In this document: piece after piece, positions 61,875 to 64,000 of the stretch | How the letters are laid out: every line of letters begins with the position of its first letter | Numbering within the stretch: the first letter of the stretch is position 1 | Assembly: GCA_963751755.1 (NCBI GenBank) | Contig: CAVVVH010000006.1 | Span: 91,224-155,223, forward strand | Origin: Candidatus Dormiibacterota bacterium | GTDB lineage: Bacteria; Chloroflexota; Dormibacteria; Aeolococcales; Aeolococcaceae | Direction of reading: 5' to 3' | Length of the DNA: 64,000 nucleotides | Notes under the pieces: model-generated | Seen by the model: only the letters and a program-made list of their open reading frames with translations | Databases searched by the model: none | What the model was told of the DNA's origin: nothing | Program-made: the position numbers and the translations under genes

Positions 61875-62454
61875 TCAGTCCTCCGACGCGCTCGATGCGC
61901 CCGATCAGCTCGTTGACGATGGCGGCGGTCACACCCCACACCACGTTGCCGTCGAGCTCGTAGAAGTGCACCTCGCGCGTCAGCCCCTCGTGGGTGAGCG
62001 TGCGCACCGTGTGCGGCGCGGTCGATGAGCGCGCCCAGCTCGAGCGGGAAGAGCCGCGCCACCTCGAAGGGGTCCGGGACGGAGCTCGATGTCGCGGTCG
62101 TGCAGCCCCACCACCGGGGTGAGCCAGTTGTCGGATGTTGCGGTCAGGAATGGCGGCAACACGCCGATGACCTCGACGGCGTCGGCGGGCACGCCCGCCT
62201 CCTCGCCGGCCTCGCGCAGCGCGGTGGCCACGATGGTGGCGTCGCTCGGCTCGGCGCCGCCCCCGGGGAAGCCGATCTGCCCGGCGTGGTGGCGCAGGTG
62301 TGCGGTGCGCTCCATGAAGAGCAGCGGCAGGCCCGTCGTGCCTGGTGTCGAAGAGGAGCAGCACCGCGGCGGTGCGCCGGCTCCCCGGCGGCGCCTCGTG
62401 GACGATGCCCAGAGGGTCCATCGCGGCACGCAGGCGCTCCAGCAGGGTCCCCAT
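61875..62454 (-). CDS. Nudix hydrolase, CoA pyrophosphatase type (frameshifted)
   Basis: AAVL, HAGQIGFPGG......ATALREAGEEAG, VWGVTA. Confidence 0.88.
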
Positions 62455-62490
62455 CGAGGCACTGTAGGCGACGCCGGCGGCGCCGCAGCG

Positions 62491-62665
62491 TCAGGCCGCG
62501 GGACGCCTCACCCGGATGCGGAGGCTGGCGTCGAGGCGCGACATGGCGTCGGCGCGGCGCATCGCCTCGGCCACGACGATGGCCAGGCTCTGCTCGCGCA
62601 GGTAGCGCTGCGCCGTGTCGTTCTCGCGTGCGTCGGCGAGAGCCTGCGTCGTCCGGGGCTGCCAT
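62491..62665 (-). CDS. Small helical hypothetical protein, ~58 aa (one indel)
   Basis: RBS AGGAG; ALADARENDTAQRYLREQSLAIVVAEAMRRADAMSRLDASLRIR. Confidence 0.45.
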
Positions 62666-62786
62666 GTCCTGCTCCTGGTGTTGCCGTGGTCCCCCCCGGC
62701 TGAGCGGAACCGTACGCTTGACCGCGGTGGCGTCGGTCACGTCGTGAGCAAGCATCGGTAAATGTCGGTGAAGGAGATCTGAGGTC

Positions 62787-63088
62787 GTGCAACGCGACGT
62801 GCCAGCGCGGGGCGGGGATCGGACATCGGCGCGGCCGTGCCCTCGCTGCGGGGCCCCGCTGCGCATCTCGCACCGGGAGTACGCCGGCCGCGGGACAGAG
62901 CACGACGGTGCTGCGCTGCGTGGCGTGCGGGCACACGGTGAGCGGTCCGGCGCGCAGCGACGCGGAGCGCGCGGTCGCGCGGCCGGACGGCGTCGCGCAA
63001 GCACCGCCCCGTCGACGAGGGCCCGCCGACCAACCCGGTCATCGACCCCGAGCTGGCGGCGCGACTGCTCGAGGAGCTCGGCCCCTGA
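62787..63088 (+). CDS. Small zinc-ribbon protein (frameshifted)
   Basis: CPRCG...LRCVACGH, C-terminus PVDEGPPTNPVIDPELAARLL. Confidence 0.6.
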
Positions 63089-63089
63089 C

Positions 63090-63916
63090 TCAGGCGGACG
63101 CCCGCGCCGCCATCCTGTCCGCCGCGGCGGCTTCGTCGCTGGGAATGGCGGTCGAACCAGCCCAGCACCGCGGCGTTGATCTCGTCGCGGTCGATGTCGA
63201 CGCTCATGCCGTGCCCGCTGCGCGGAAAGGACCGGCGCACGCACCTCGCGGCTGCACACCAGGCGCCGCTCGATCTCCACGCGCGTTGGCCGGCGCGATG
63301 GTGCGGTCGCGGCCGCCGTGCAGCACGAGCACCGGCGCGCGGACCGCGGCGAGCTCGTCGCGCACCTCGCGGAGCAGGCCGGTGAACTCGTGGATCGCGC
63401 TCATCGGGCGCAGCCCGTGCGAGTACAGCTCGTCGATGGCCGTCGAGGTCGTAGAGGTCGATGTCGTCGCCCGGGCGGTGCCAGCGCATCACCCGGCGCG
63501 CCACCGGGATGGCGCGCGCGGCGATGCCCGACAGCCACACCGGTGCGGCCAGCGTGGCCACGGCGGCGACCCGGAGGTCGGTGGCGGCGAGGTGCAGCGC
63601 GATGGTGCCGCCCATCGACTGGCCGGCGACCATGACCTCGTCGCACTCGCGTGCCAGCGCGTCGAGCTCGTCGCTGCGCGGAGCGTGTCCAGTCGTGCCG
63701 CGTCGTGGCCTCGAGCGCCTCCGGGGTGGAGCCGTGCCCGGCCAGGGCCGGACCGCGGCAGCGGTAGCCATTGGCCGCGAGGTGCTCGCCGAGGCGGCGC
63801 AGCTCGGGTGGCGTCCCGGCGAAGCCGTGGAGGAGGAGCACGCCGCGACGTCCCTCGCCGAGCGTCCACGGGCGCACCACGTCGGGGTCGAACGGGTCCA
63901 GGCTGCGCGCGGTCAT
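63090..63916 (-). CDS. Alpha/beta hydrolase (carboxylesterase; frameshifted)
   Basis: LLHGFAG, AGHG, GQSMGG nucleophile elbow, HGGRD, SGH. Confidence 0.88.
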
Positions 63917-64000
63917 GGGCGGCCGAGTATATGTGCGGCCCGCGGATGCTACCGTCGCGCCCTGGTGACCGATGAGGTGATGCGCGGCGCGCTGGAGACG

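Overview
Very GC-rich bacterial chromosomal window with housekeeping and envelope genes. I saw no phage, integrase, transposase or CRISPR array. The gene repertoire suggests a soil Terrabacterium such as Ca. Dormibacterota/Chloroflexota or an Actinomycetota-like lineage (inference only). Most long genes are broken by single-base indels, which fits uncorrected long-read assembly error, so CDS limits are reconstructed across frames and approximate. Order: six tandem MCE genes plus a Cys-rich MMPL/RND; Yip1-like protein; nadA-glpK behind an NrtR-type operator; a hairpin-dense intergenic region holding a candidate ~80-nt sRNA; a glycosylation cluster (PMT, two GT-C proteins, GT4, GMPP/PMM) containing a degenerate Doc/Fic plus small-partner pair; a second MMPL; a stand-alone HisKA mini-protein; recQ-malic enzyme-hemE-hemH; acyl-CoA ligase; tRNA-Gly followed by a repeat-flanked osmC; a CocE hydrolase with a sortase-like tail; msrB; M20 hydrolase; DUF1345-WYL; MarR/YceI; lhr-nei; nrtR; HtrA; PLD-lon-MBL; Nudix; esterase. 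The best candidates for something undescribed are the sRNA with tandem regulator repeats (13677-13828), the pseudo-Doc module (22691-23217), the six-MCE plus MMPL system and the stand-alone HisKA.
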